NCBI GenBank assembly: GCA_035693825.1
Contig: DASSGB010000232.1
Location: forward strand, 4,199-68,198
DNA length: 64,000 bases
Reading direction: 5' to 3'
From: Anaerolineales bacterium
GTDB taxonomy: Bacteria > Chloroflexota > Anaerolineae > Anaerolineales > E44-bin32
In this document: piece by piece, positions 53,539-61,472 of the stretch
Layout: each line of letters starts with the position of its first letter
Numbering within the stretch: position 1 is the stretch's first letter
Made by a program: the position numbers and the translations under genes
Notes under the pieces: model-generated
What the model was told of the DNA's origin: nothing
Seen by the model: the letters and a program-made list of their open reading frames with translations, nothing else
Database searches by the model: none

Positions 53539-54174
53539 CTAGCTTTGTCCGCGCGCTTCGGCGGCGAGCTGCTCGAAGAAAGCCGTCAGCACGCGTTCCC
53601 GGCGGCGCGCCCATCGGCGCGCCGGGCGCGTATGAAGCCTGCCGGCCACGTGCCGCAGCTTGAAGAGGTACTCGTGATACGCGCTGTGGGGTTCGTTGGG
53701 TGCCGATCGGTTTTGGCGGAGAAAGACCTCCGATGGCTCGGCAAAGATCGGCTCACCCGCCTGCATGGCGTAGGCGATCGTCCGCGCCACGCCGAAAGCC
53801 CCCACCACATCCAGTTTGTCGGCGTCGAAGAGGATCTCGGCCTCGAGAGTCGCCGGAGCTTCGCGGCTGCGGTAGCGATGAGAACGGATGCAGTGTTCCA
53901 CCGCCCGTATTCTCGGCTCCGGCCATGCTTCGTTTTCCAGCACCTGACGGGCGAACTCGGCCGAGGCCTGCTCATGATGGCTGCGGGTCGAACCTTCGCC
54001 CGGGGCCGCGCCGGAAGCATCGTGCAGGAGAGCCGCGGCGCGCAGGACGTCGAGGTCAGCGCGCAGCTCGTTCCCCAGTCTCTCGGCCAGGGCCAGAACG
54101 CGCAGCACGTGATCGAAGCCGTGGACAGTATCGTTGTGCGGATACCACGTCCGCGCCTGCTCTACCGTCGGCAT
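53539..54174 (-). CDS. HD-domain phosphohydrolase
   Basis: Contains HGFDHVLRV...AALLHDA. ATG at 54174 with a GGAGGG SD. Confidence 0.8.
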   Translation of the reverse strand: MPTVEQARTWYPHNDTVHGFDHVLRVLALAERLGNELRADLDVLRAAALLHDASGAAPGEGSTRSHHEQASAEFARQVLENEAWPEPRIRAVEHCIRSHRYRSREAPATLEAEILFDADKLDVVGAFGVARTIAYAMQAGEPIFAEPSEVFLRQNRSAPNEPHSAYHEYLFKLRHVAGRLHTRPARRWARRRERVLTAFFEQLAAEARGQS

Positions 54175-54223
54175 CTCCCGCCCTCCACTTTGACGAATCG
54201 CCGCGCACCGAAGTGTACCCGCC

Positions 54224-54847
54224 TCACGCGGGACCACGTCGCATCGTCCACAACTCAATCGGCGTTCCGGGAAATTCGAGGTGGCTGAGCACCTGAAAAC
54301 CGTGCTTGGCGTAGAAAGCGAGGTTATCTTCCTTCACGGTCTCCAGGTAGCAGGCGGACTTCTCGGCATCGGCAACGGCCAGGATCGGCGCCAGGAGACG
54401 ACTGCCGATTCCTTGCCCTTGGCGGCCCGGCTCGACGCCCAGGGCCTGGAGATACCAGAAGCGACCGGTCATGAGCCTGCGACGCTCGCCGTCGAGAATC
54501 TCCACGGCTCGAAACAGGAGGCGGCGAGGCTTTTCCGGAGCACGAAGAAACGAGATCGGCAGCGCGAAGCCTGTACGCAGCGCGCGCGCAAAGGTGAGAT
54601 CGTCCCGGCCGGGAGCGGCCCAACAGGCGACTCCCTCCAGCCCGGCTGTCGCGTAGACCTTGCCCAGGATCCGGCAGGTGTGGATGAGGGCCCTCCACAG
54701 ATTCCGGGTAAAGCGAAGCCGGCGCTGCTCCTCGGGAAAGAGGAAGGAGTAGAAAGGATCGTCCGCGAAGGCGCGCGTGAGCACATCCGCGGCCCGCCCT
54801 TCGGCGGAAGGCGAAAGTTCGACGACGGACGCGGCCGGCTTGCTCAT
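54224..54847 (-). CDS. GNAT family N-acetyltransferase
   Basis: QGQGIGSRLLAPIL...FYAKHGF core. ATGA overlap with the upstream ATPase stop. The long listed ORF (to 55744) runs out of frame relative to the ATPase gene and is rejected. Confidence 0.8.
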   Translation of the reverse strand: MSKPAASVVELSPSAEGRAADVLTRAFADDPFYSFLFPEEQRRLRFTRNLWRALIHTCRILGKVYATAGLEGVACWAAPGRDDLTFARALRTGFALPISFLRAPEKPRRLLFRAVEILDGERRRLMTGRFWYLQALGVEPGRQGQGIGSRLLAPILAVADAEKSACYLETVKEDNLAFYAKHGFQVLSHLEFPGTPIELWTMRRGPA

Positions 54848-56439
54848 CCTCGGTCTGAACGGCCGATGTCCTCCGCGCATGCCGGCCAGGGTCTCCCGGT
54901 CAGCGTCTGCAAGGCGGTGCGGAAACCGGCCTGTGCGAAAAGCGTTTCCCGCGTGGGGCCCGCGTCGGCAATGCGGCCGTCCTGCAAGACGAGAATCCGG
55001 CCGGTGTGAGCCGCCAGGAATTCGACGTCGTGGCTGGCGACGATCACCGCCGTGCCGTCCTTCGACCAGTTCCGCATCAGCTCGCCCAGCTCGCGCTGCG
55101 CCATGGGATCCATCCCGAGCGTCGGCTCGTCCAGGAGCAGAACTTCCGGGTGAGTCACCATGACCGCGGCCAGCGCGACGCGCTGCCGCTGGCCCGCCGA
55201 GAGATCGCGCGGGTAGGCGCCTCGCACGGCCGTCAGCCCGAGCGCCTCCAGCATCCAGGAGGGGTCCACCGGAGGCCGGTCCCGCAGTCCGTGGCTGCGC
55301 AAGGTGAAATCCAACTCGGCTTCCACGGAGTCGGCAAACAGCATGGAACTCGGCGTCTGAGACACGAAGCCGATGTGTCGTGCTCGCGTCGCGACCGGAA
55401 CCTGCGACAGCGAAGATCCATCCAGGAAAACCTCGCCCGAGGCCGGCTCCTCCAGTCCCATGAGACAGCGCAGGAGAGTCGTCTTGCCAGATCCGTTGCG
55501 CCCCACCAGCCCCAGGATTTCTCCAGGCGCGACCTCCAGGTCGACGCCCATGAGGACGGGCCGGTGGTTGTAGGAGAACTCGAGGCCGCGCGTCGAGAGT
55601 CGCGTCGGATCGGACGCGGCTCGCGGGCGCGGGGCGGGATCGGGCAGCGCGTGCAGGGCTTGCGCCAGCGCGGAATGGTCGTCCGTGTCCTCCAGGCCGA
55701 GCCGGCGGGCGGCCTCCTGCAGCGGGTCGGCATACGGCATACACTTCGTCACCGCCGACGGCCCGTCACAGGCGACCATCCTTCCAGGCGCCTCCAGATA
55801 AGCCATCCGGTTGACGCTCTCCATCCAGCGGCCAAGCCGATGCTCGGCGAGCACCAGGGTCAGCCCGTGGTCTTCGGTGAGATCGTCAAGCCATTCCACC
55901 AGCGCCTGCGCCGCCATCGGATCGAGCTCGGTCGACGGCTCGTCGAGCACCAGCATCGCCGGCCGGCGCGCCAGCCCCGCGGCGATGGCCACGCGCGCTT
56001 GCTCGCCGGCTGAAAGCCGGTCGAGCGCACGCGACATCAGGGGCCCGAGGTCGAGGCGTTCGATGACGTCGGCCACTCGCCGGCGGATTTCGGCCCCGGC
56101 GAGACCGGCCACTTCGAGGCCAAAGGCGATTTCGTCCTCGACCGAGGCGGAGAGGAATCTCGCCTGCGGTTCCTGAAAGACCATGCCCACCTGGGCCGCC
56201 AGCTGCATCGGTCCGGCGCGGTGCACGTCCAGCCCGCCGATCCGCGCTCGACCGCGGAATCGGCCGCCATAGAGATGAGGCACCAGGCCGTTGAAGACGC
56301 GAAGCAAGGTCGACTTGCCGGCGCCGGACAGCCCGCTCACCAGCAGCCGATCGCCAGGCTCGAGATGCAGATCGATGGAATCGAGCGCCGGCAGCCTCGA
56401 TTCGGGATACCAGTAGGAAACGCCCTCGAGGTCAACCAT
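54844..56439 (-). CDS. ECF/cobalt-type ABC ATPase, fused duplicate (EcfA-EcfA')
   Basis: Two ABC cassettes (GLSGAGKST...LSAGEQARV...LVLDEP; GRNGSGKTT...LSAGQRQRV...LLLDEP). Confidence 0.9.
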   Translation of the reverse strand: MVDLEGVSYWYPESRLPALDSIDLHLEPGDRLLVSGLSGAGKSTLLRVFNGLVPHLYGGRFRGRARIGGLDVHRAGPMQLAAQVGMVFQEPQARFLSASVEDEIAFGLEVAGLAGAEIRRRVADVIERLDLGPLMSRALDRLSAGEQARVAIAAGLARRPAMLVLDEPSTELDPMAAQALVEWLDDLTEDHGLTLVLAEHRLGRWMESVNRMAYLEAPGRMVACDGPSAVTKCMPYADPLQEAARRLGLEDTDDHSALAQALHALPDPAPRPRAASDPTRLSTRGLEFSYNHRPVLMGVDLEVAPGEILGLVGRNGSGKTTLLRCLMGLEEPASGEVFLDGSSLSQVPVATRARHIGFVSQTPSSMLFADSVEAELDFTLRSHGLRDRPPVDPSWMLEALGLTAVRGAYPRDLSAGQRQRVALAAVMVTHPEVLLLDEPTLGMDPMAQRELGELMRNWSKDGTAVIVASHDVEFLAAHTGRILVLQDGRIADAGPTRETLFAQAGFRTALQTLTGRPWPACAEDIGRSDRG

Positions 56440-57442
56440 GGCGGGCGCCGATCAGGGGTGCGGCCAGAAGCGCGACGATCAACACAGGCGCGGGGTGCAG
56501 CGACGGCAGGCTGAGCTGAGGGTAGGGATAGTAGGTCAGGAGCGCCGGCCAGCGAGCCATGACCGTCAGCAGCAGAATGCCCGCCGCGCCGGACAGCCCG
56601 GCGATGATCCTGTCGTTCGCTCTCCATACTTCGGGCCGGTATCGATGGCTCTCCCTCTGCATGCTCCGACTCAAGAACACAACCGACAGCGCCATCAGAC
56701 CCAAGCCCAGCGACAGAAGGCCCGGCTGCGCCGCCCAGACTCCGAGTCCGAGCGCCAAAACCACCCAGCCGAGAATCATGAGCCACCGCCTGGCGCGGCG
56801 CAGACGCTGCGTCCCCCAGCCGCGGGCCACGAGGCCTTCGGCCTGGGCCATGGCGCGCTCCAGGCTCAGGATCACCAGCGGCTCGACCGAAGCGCGGGCT
56901 TCACGGATCCCTTGCGAAGCCTGGCCTCGGATCCGGCGCGCCTCCACCAGATCCATGTAGCTCCGACGGGCCAGCGGGGCGAAGGTGAGGCCGAGCATCC
57001 CTACCACACCCAACGGGTACAGGCCGGGAGGCGTCCGCCGCAACAGATCGGCCGGAGTCACGACGGCTGAGAAGAGCACCATGATCAGCAGCACGGCCCC
57101 GATCTGCAGGCCGGCCACGACGCCGAACGCGACCGCCTCCAGCGTGTATGGACCTCCGATCCAGCGGATGGGCAATTCGAGGAGGACCGTCGCGCCGGCG
57201 CGGCTGAAGATGAGGTTGATCAGGGTTGACGTCGCCAGCAGCGAGGCCACCAGCAGGAAGGTCGAGAGCGACGGCGGCTCGCGCGTGACACGCCAGCGCA
57301 CGACGGCCGCCAGCGCCCCCAGAAGCATGAGGTACCACGGGTTTCGCACGAGCAGCGCCGTCGACACCGCGCACACGGTCCACACCAACCAGGCTGTCGG
57401 ATGGATGCGCCGCCGTGTGCCAGAATTCGCGTTGGAGTTCAC
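56432..57442 (-). CDS. ECF transporter T component (CbiQ/EcfT family)
   Basis: Polytopic protein with two coupling-helix Ala-Arg-Gly motifs (EARRIRG, LVARGWG). GTG start. Overlaps the ATPase gene by 8 nt. Confidence 0.7.
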   Translation of the reverse strand: MNSNANSGTRRRIHPTAWLVWTVCAVSTALLVRNPWYLMLLGALAAVVRWRVTREPPSLSTFLLVASLLATSTLINLIFSRAGATVLLELPIRWIGGPYTLEAVAFGVVAGLQIGAVLLIMVLFSAVVTPADLLRRTPPGLYPLGVVGMLGLTFAPLARRSYMDLVEARRIRGQASQGIREARASVEPLVILSLERAMAQAEGLVARGWGTQRLRRARRWLMILGWVVLALGLGVWAAQPGLLSLGLGLMALSVVFLSRSMQRESHRYRPEVWRANDRIIAGLSGAAGILLLTVMARWPALLTYYPYPQLSLPSLHPAPVLIVALLAAPLIGARHG

Positions 57443-57526
57443 GCGGGCGATGCACCTGCCGTGCGGCCGGGCGTCGAGCGGTCGCGAGGAATCGTGGGCG
57501 TGCGCCTGCGCGATTTCGGCACCAAG

Positions 57527-58570
57527 CTAACCTTCGGCCCTACGCGATCTGCCAAGCAGCCCGGCGGCAGCCAGGACCGCTAGCAGCACGACCAGTGTCG
57601 CCATCAGGATCGGGGTCGTGGATCCGCCGGTCGCGGCGAAACCTGCCGGCAGTCGCGGCACGTCGGTCAGATCCGCCCCCGCCAGGGCCGGGATGGCCTG
57701 GACCGTCGCCAGGAAGTTGTCCCCGGGCGTGGCGGCGTTGAACGCCAGCGCTCCGCTCGGCTGCTGCAGCGCCTGCAGGGCGCGTTCCGGATGGCCCCAT
57801 TCGCTCAGGTCTTGCCCGGAGGCCATCAGCGCCTGGATCACCACCGCCGTCGAATTGGCATCGGTGTCCTCACCGAAGGCGCTCGGCTTCTGGTAGGTCC
57901 AGCCCCCATCCGCGTTCTGCACCAGGCGGAAGTAGTCAATCGAGGGTGCGGCCTCCGATCCGGCACCGGCCGCCAGCAGCGCCTGAACGACGAGAGCCGT
58001 GGTGTTGCTGTCACCGGCGTCCGGGGTCATGTCGCCCGCAAACGAGTAGCTTCCATCCGGCAACCGCGTGGCCACCAGACCCGTCAGCGCGCCTTCGGGC
58101 AGCGCTTCACCTGCGGCGCGCAGGGCCAACACGGACAGCCCGCTGTCGTAGGGGCCGCCTCCGAACAAACCCGTCTCGGAATTGAAACCCGCCAGCACCG
58201 CGTCCACCAGATTCGCGCCGCCGAAGTCGCGCGGATCTTCGCCCGCGGCGACGGCGGCCAGGACCACCTTGGCCGCCAGGCCGGGCGTTTCGAGTTTGGT
58301 GGCCTGCGCCGTGAGGTACTGGATCGGCGAGGTGCCCTCGACGACCCACGTCGACGGATCCTCGCCGGCACTGGCGATGGCCACCACGGCGTCGGCCGTT
58401 GCGCCAGGATCACTGCCCTCACTGAACCCGGTCGAGAAGCCTCCGTCGGCCAGCTGCTCTGTTCGCAACCAGGCCAGCGCCGCGGCCGCGCCGTCCTGCG
58501 CCGCGGCGGGCAGCGGCGAGAGGATCCAACCGAAAAGCACAGATACAAGGATGAGCCGTCGAATCCACAT
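57527..58570 (-). CDS. Secreted, C-terminally membrane-anchored prenyltransferase/squalene-cyclase-repeat (alpha/alpha-toroid) protein
   Basis: Signal peptide (LSPLPAAAQD). Repeated QxxDGG(F/W)-type motifs (EQLADGGFS, RLPDGSYSF, VQNADGGWTY, QQPSGALAF). Terminal TM (ILMATLVVLLAVLAAAGLL). Confidence 0.75.
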   Translation of the reverse strand: MWIRRLILVSVLFGWILSPLPAAAQDGAAAALAWLRTEQLADGGFSTGFSEGSDPGATADAVVAIASAGEDPSTWVVEGTSPIQYLTAQATKLETPGLAAKVVLAAVAAGEDPRDFGGANLVDAVLAGFNSETGLFGGGPYDSGLSVLALRAAGEALPEGALTGLVATRLPDGSYSFAGDMTPDAGDSNTTALVVQALLAAGAGSEAAPSIDYFRLVQNADGGWTYQKPSAFGEDTDANSTAVVIQALMASGQDLSEWGHPERALQALQQPSGALAFNAATPGDNFLATVQAIPALAGADLTDVPRLPAGFAATGGSTTPILMATLVVLLAVLAAAGLLGRSRRAEG

Positions 58571-58602
58571 GATGGTTTGCTCCCTTAGAAGGTCAGGCTA
58601 CG

Positions 58603-58638
58603 GCCAGAAACACAACCTCCCCGTTCTGGCGGGGAGGC
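58603..58638 (-). terminator. Riboswitch expression-platform terminator
   Basis: The minus strand reads CCUCCCCG-CCAGAA-CGGGGAGG followed by UUGUGUUUCU. The upstream GGAGGCGGCGCC could act as an anti-terminator. Confidence 0.6.
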
Positions 58639-58905
58639 GCGAGGTACATAGGCGCCGCCTCCTTTCCGCGAAGGCATGTCAAGCGCCGGGCAGAGGCGGG
58701 TATCCTGGCTTGGATGCCGTCTGCCATCAGCCTTCCGCCATCAGCCGAAACCGCCCAAGCTGATAGCCGACAGCCGATAGCTGACAGCCTTCCCTACAGT
58801 TGCGGGACAGCGCCGGACTTCCGCGTGCGAGCCGCAGTCACCGGCTTCCCCTTCGTTGACCTTCGCATCCGGGCGAAGGCCACCTCTGCCCAGGGGTTAT
58901 CAGTT
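58616..58905 (-). promoter_or_regulatory. Cobalamin (B12) riboswitch
   Basis: The minus strand reads ...GGUGGCC...GAAGGGGAAGCCGGUGA...GGAAGUCCGGCGCUGUCCCGCAACUGUAGGGA...AAGCCAGGAUACCCGCC. These are the conserved GGGAAnnnGGUGA, GCUGUCCCGCAACUGUA and B12-box elements in the canonical order. Confidence 0.85.
58716..58788. repeat. Inverted heptamer arrays forming the riboswitch's variable hairpin
   Basis: GCCGTCT GCCATCA GCCTTCC GCCATCA GC - 13-nt loop - GCTGATA GCCGACA GCCGATA GCTGACA GC. The 30-nt arms pair with a few mismatches and G-U pairs. Confidence 0.85.
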
Positions 58906-58913
58906 GTGGGAGG

Positions 58914-58943
58914 AGTATAGGGCCTCAAGGTGGGCCGCGTCAA
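58914..58943 (-). promoter_or_regulatory. Promoter (TTGACG-18-TATACT) upstream of the riboswitch
   Basis: The minus strand reads GCATGCTTGACGCGGCCCACCTTGAGGCCCTATACT. Confidence 0.45.
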
Positions 58944-59265
58944 GCATGCTGACTTGCCGCCTCTCGCGCAGCTGACCGATTTGCTGCCCCCGTTCGCCTG
59001 CGCCGCACCAAGCGCAGCGCAGGTGCAGGCGGGCCGCGCGAAGCCCCGGCCCGCCGGGGCGAGACGGCCTCCGGCGCGCCCCTCGCCACCGGCTCAGGGC
59101 GCGCCTGCGGGCTCTGTTTCGTTGATGACCCTACCGCGCAAGGACAGCCGCCGCCCGCGAATAGTTGTCACCGGGAGGAGGTCGAAGGCCTACGAAGCGA
59201 TCTCCTCGCTTCACCGGGACGTTTCCTGCTCTCGCCCAGCGGCCTCGCGGATGCGAGCCCCGCCA

Positions 59266-59287
59266 CAAGTCCCCGGCAGGGCAGTGA
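59266..59287 (+). repeat. Promoter-upstream element, short copy (CAAGTCCCC-GGCAGGGCAGTGA)
   Basis: Retains both ends of the 49-nt element at 37951 but lacks the internal palindromic core. Lies 22 nt upstream of a TTGACA -35. Confidence 0.6.
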
Positions 59288-59308
59288 TTCTGTATTCGGA
59301 AACCCAGA

Positions 59309-59337
59309 TTGACAGCCGCCGCGCGACATGTTACAAG
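59309..59337 (+). promoter_or_regulatory. Promoter (TTGACA-17-TACAAG, with TG at the extended -10 position) for rnj
   Basis: TTGACAGCCGCCGCGCGACATGTTACAAG, giving a predicted leader of about 270 nt. Confidence 0.5.
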
Positions 59338-59611
59338 TGCAGCAATCTTTCCGGACAGACCCGGCGCGGGCGCGAGAGCGCCCGCGGGTTTCAACGGTTT
59401 CGAAAGCTGCGATCGCATTTCCACCGACGAGGGACTTCACTCCTCGTCCATCCCACGGCAAGGCCCTCCCCGTTCCGCCTGACAAGCGACCCGGCGACGG
59501 ACCCCGACGAACGGATGCGGTGCGAACCGACTTCCGACCGCGCCGCCCGCGCGCCCTTCGCCTGGCAACGACCGCCGCGGTCGCTCCGGATACCATGAAA
59601 AGGATTGTTGC

Positions 59612-61255
59612 ATGAGCACCAAACCACTGCGCCTGGTGCCCCTGGGGGGCCTGGGCGAAGTCGGCAAGAACATGATGGCCCTGGAATACGGCGACAACAT
59701 ACTCGTCGTCGACACCGGCATCATGTTCCCCGAAAACGACATGTTGGGGATCGACTACATCATCCCCGACTTCAACTACCTCAAGGACAAGGCCGACAGG
59801 GTCCGCGGCATTCTCGTGACTCACGGTCACGAGGATCACACCGGCGCCATCGCCCATGTTCTGGAGGACATCCCGGCTCCGATCTACGCCACGCCCCTGA
59901 CGCGCGGCCTGCTCGAATCCAAGATCAGCCGCGCCGGTCTGGCGAAGGAAGCCAAACTCCACACGGTCCAGGCCGGCGATCACGCGCGCCTGGGCCCCTT
60001 CCGCGTCGAGTTCTTCCACGTCTGCCATTCCATCCCGGACGGCGTGGGGCTGGCCATCGACACGCCCGCCGGACTGATCGTCCACTCGGGCGACTTCAAG
60101 TTCGATCACACGCCGGTCGACGGCTGGCCCACGGATTTCGGCAAACTGGCCGAGCTCGGCCAGCGCGGCGTCCTGGCCTTGCTGGCCGACTCCACCAACG
60201 CCGAGCGGCCGGGCTGGACGCCGTCGGAGGCCGTCATCGACCCGGCCTTTGACGAGGTCTTCCTTCAGGCGAAAGGTCGAATCCTGATCGGCACCTTCGC
60301 CTCGCTCATCTCCCGCATCCAGCAGGCGGCCCGGGCCGCCGACCGCCACGGGCGCGTCCTGTCGCTGGTCGGCACGAGCATGATCGACAACGTTCGCATC
60401 GCCCGCCAGCTCGGCTACCTGACCGTTCCCGACGGACTGGTGGTGCCGCTGGACGAGGCTTTGAAGATGAAGCCGGAGCGCGTCGTCCTGATGTGCACCG
60501 GCACGCAGGGCGAACCCTCGTCGATCCTCGGCCGCCTGTCGACCGGCACCAACCGCCAGTTCGACCTGATGGCGGGCGACACCGTCGTCTTGTCCTCCCA
60601 CCCGATCCCGGGCAACGAAGAGATGGTCCATCGGACGATCAACCGCCTGCTTCAACGCGGGGCGAAAGTGATCTACGACGCCATCGCCCCCGTGCATGTC
60701 TCGGGGCACGCCAGCCAGGAGGAGCAGAAGCTCCTGCTGCAGCTCATCCGGCCCCAGTACTTCGTGCCGATCCACGGCGAGCTGCGCCACCTGACGCGGC
60801 ATGCAGGCCTCGCCCGGGAGATCGGCATACCCGCCGAGCGGATCGCCATCGTCGAAAACGGGACAGTGATCGAGTTCCGCGAGGGCGTGATGCAGGTGGG
60901 CGAGCGCATTCCAGGCGGGTATGTCTTCGTCGACGGCCGCGGGGTGGGCGACATCGGCCCTGCTGTGATGCGCGAGCGCGAGTCGCTGGCGCGGGACGGC
61001 TTCGTGCTGGTCCATCTGCGCCGGCATCCGAAGACAGGCGCTCTGGTCGGCGATCCCGAAATACAGACGCGCGGCTTCGTCTATCTACCCGACGCCGAGG
61101 CTTTGTTCCGCCAGGCCCGCCAGCGTGTGCGCGAGCTGGCGAACGGCACCGAGAATGCCCTCCCCGAACGCGTCGAGCGCGAGCTGGGCAAGCTGTTCTA
61201 CGCCGAAACCAAGCGCCGCCCGATGGTCCTGGTCGTCACCTCGGAGACGGGCTGA
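59612..61255 (+). CDS. rnj: Ribonuclease J
   Basis: PLGGLGEVGKNM..., the HGHEDHTGAI beta-lactamase motif, and beta-CASP/C-terminal domains. AAGGA SD. Confidence 0.95.
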   Translation: MSTKPLRLVPLGGLGEVGKNMMALEYGDNILVVDTGIMFPENDMLGIDYIIPDFNYLKDKADRVRGILVTHGHEDHTGAIAHVLEDIPAPIYATPLTRGLLESKISRAGLAKEAKLHTVQAGDHARLGPFRVEFFHVCHSIPDGVGLAIDTPAGLIVHSGDFKFDHTPVDGWPTDFGKLAELGQRGVLALLADSTNAERPGWTPSEAVIDPAFDEVFLQAKGRILIGTFASLISRIQQAARAADRHGRVLSLVGTSMIDNVRIARQLGYLTVPDGLVVPLDEALKMKPERVVLMCTGTQGEPSSILGRLSTGTNRQFDLMAGDTVVLSSHPIPGNEEMVHRTINRLLQRGAKVIYDAIAPVHVSGHASQEEQKLLLQLIRPQYFVPIHGELRHLTRHAGLAREIGIPAERIAIVENGTVIEFREGVMQVGERIPGGYVFVDGRGVGDIGPAVMRERESLARDGFVLVHLRRHPKTGALVGDPEIQTRGFVYLPDAEALFRQARQRVRELANGTENALPERVERELGKLFYAETKRRPMVLVVTSETG

Positions 61256-61265
61256 CAGCCTCGAG

Positions 61266-61446
61266 CTTCCAACTGCCAGCGTCCAGCGTCCAGCACTTAG
61301 AGTTGCCAGTTGCCAGGTTCCAGTTCCCAGCTGCCCATCATCTCCTGCATTCTATGAGACAGGCGTGCATCCGGAAACTGAAGACCGGTAACCGTCGCGG
61401 CTGGTGGCTGGTGACTGGCAGCTGGTGCCTGGCGGCTGGTGGCTTC
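61266..61446. repeat. Largest heptamer locus: 10 NNNCCAG/AGTTGCC-type units, a spacer of about 60 nt, then 7 complementary NGGCTGG-type units
   Basis: CTTCCAA CTGCCAG CGTCCAG CGTCCAG CACTTAG AGTTGCC AGTTGCC AGGTTCC AGTTCCC AGCTGCC ... CGGCTGG TGGCTGG TGACTGG CAGCTGG TGCCTGG CGGCTGG TGGCTTC. Confidence 0.9.
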
Positions 61447-61456
61447 TTCCGCTGGG

Positions 61457-61462
61457 TATAAT
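61457..61462 (+). promoter_or_regulatory. Perfect TATAAT 10 nt upstream of the ATG (leaderless-type)
   Basis: GGGTATAATCCGCGGCCGT-ATG. No SD. Confidence 0.45.
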
Positions 61463-61472
61463 CCGCGGCCGT

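Noticed and set aside
54848-55744. Upstream 300 codons of the 506-aa ORF 54224-55744.
   Set aside because: This part overlaps the ECF ATPase gene out of frame and has non-protein-like composition. Only the C-terminal 207 aa, from the ATG at 54847 (ATGA-coupled to the ATPase stop), form a GNAT domain.
58930-59598. 222-aa ORF filling the gap between the riboswitch promoter and rnj.
   Set aside because: It has Pro/Arg/Ala-rich composition, no SD and no recognisable domain. The region is better explained as the rnj promoter plus leader.
19515-61446. Whether the repeat loci are CRISPR arrays.
   Set aside because: The period is 7 nt with no unique spacers. The arrays are 20-70 nt long, and no cas genes are present.
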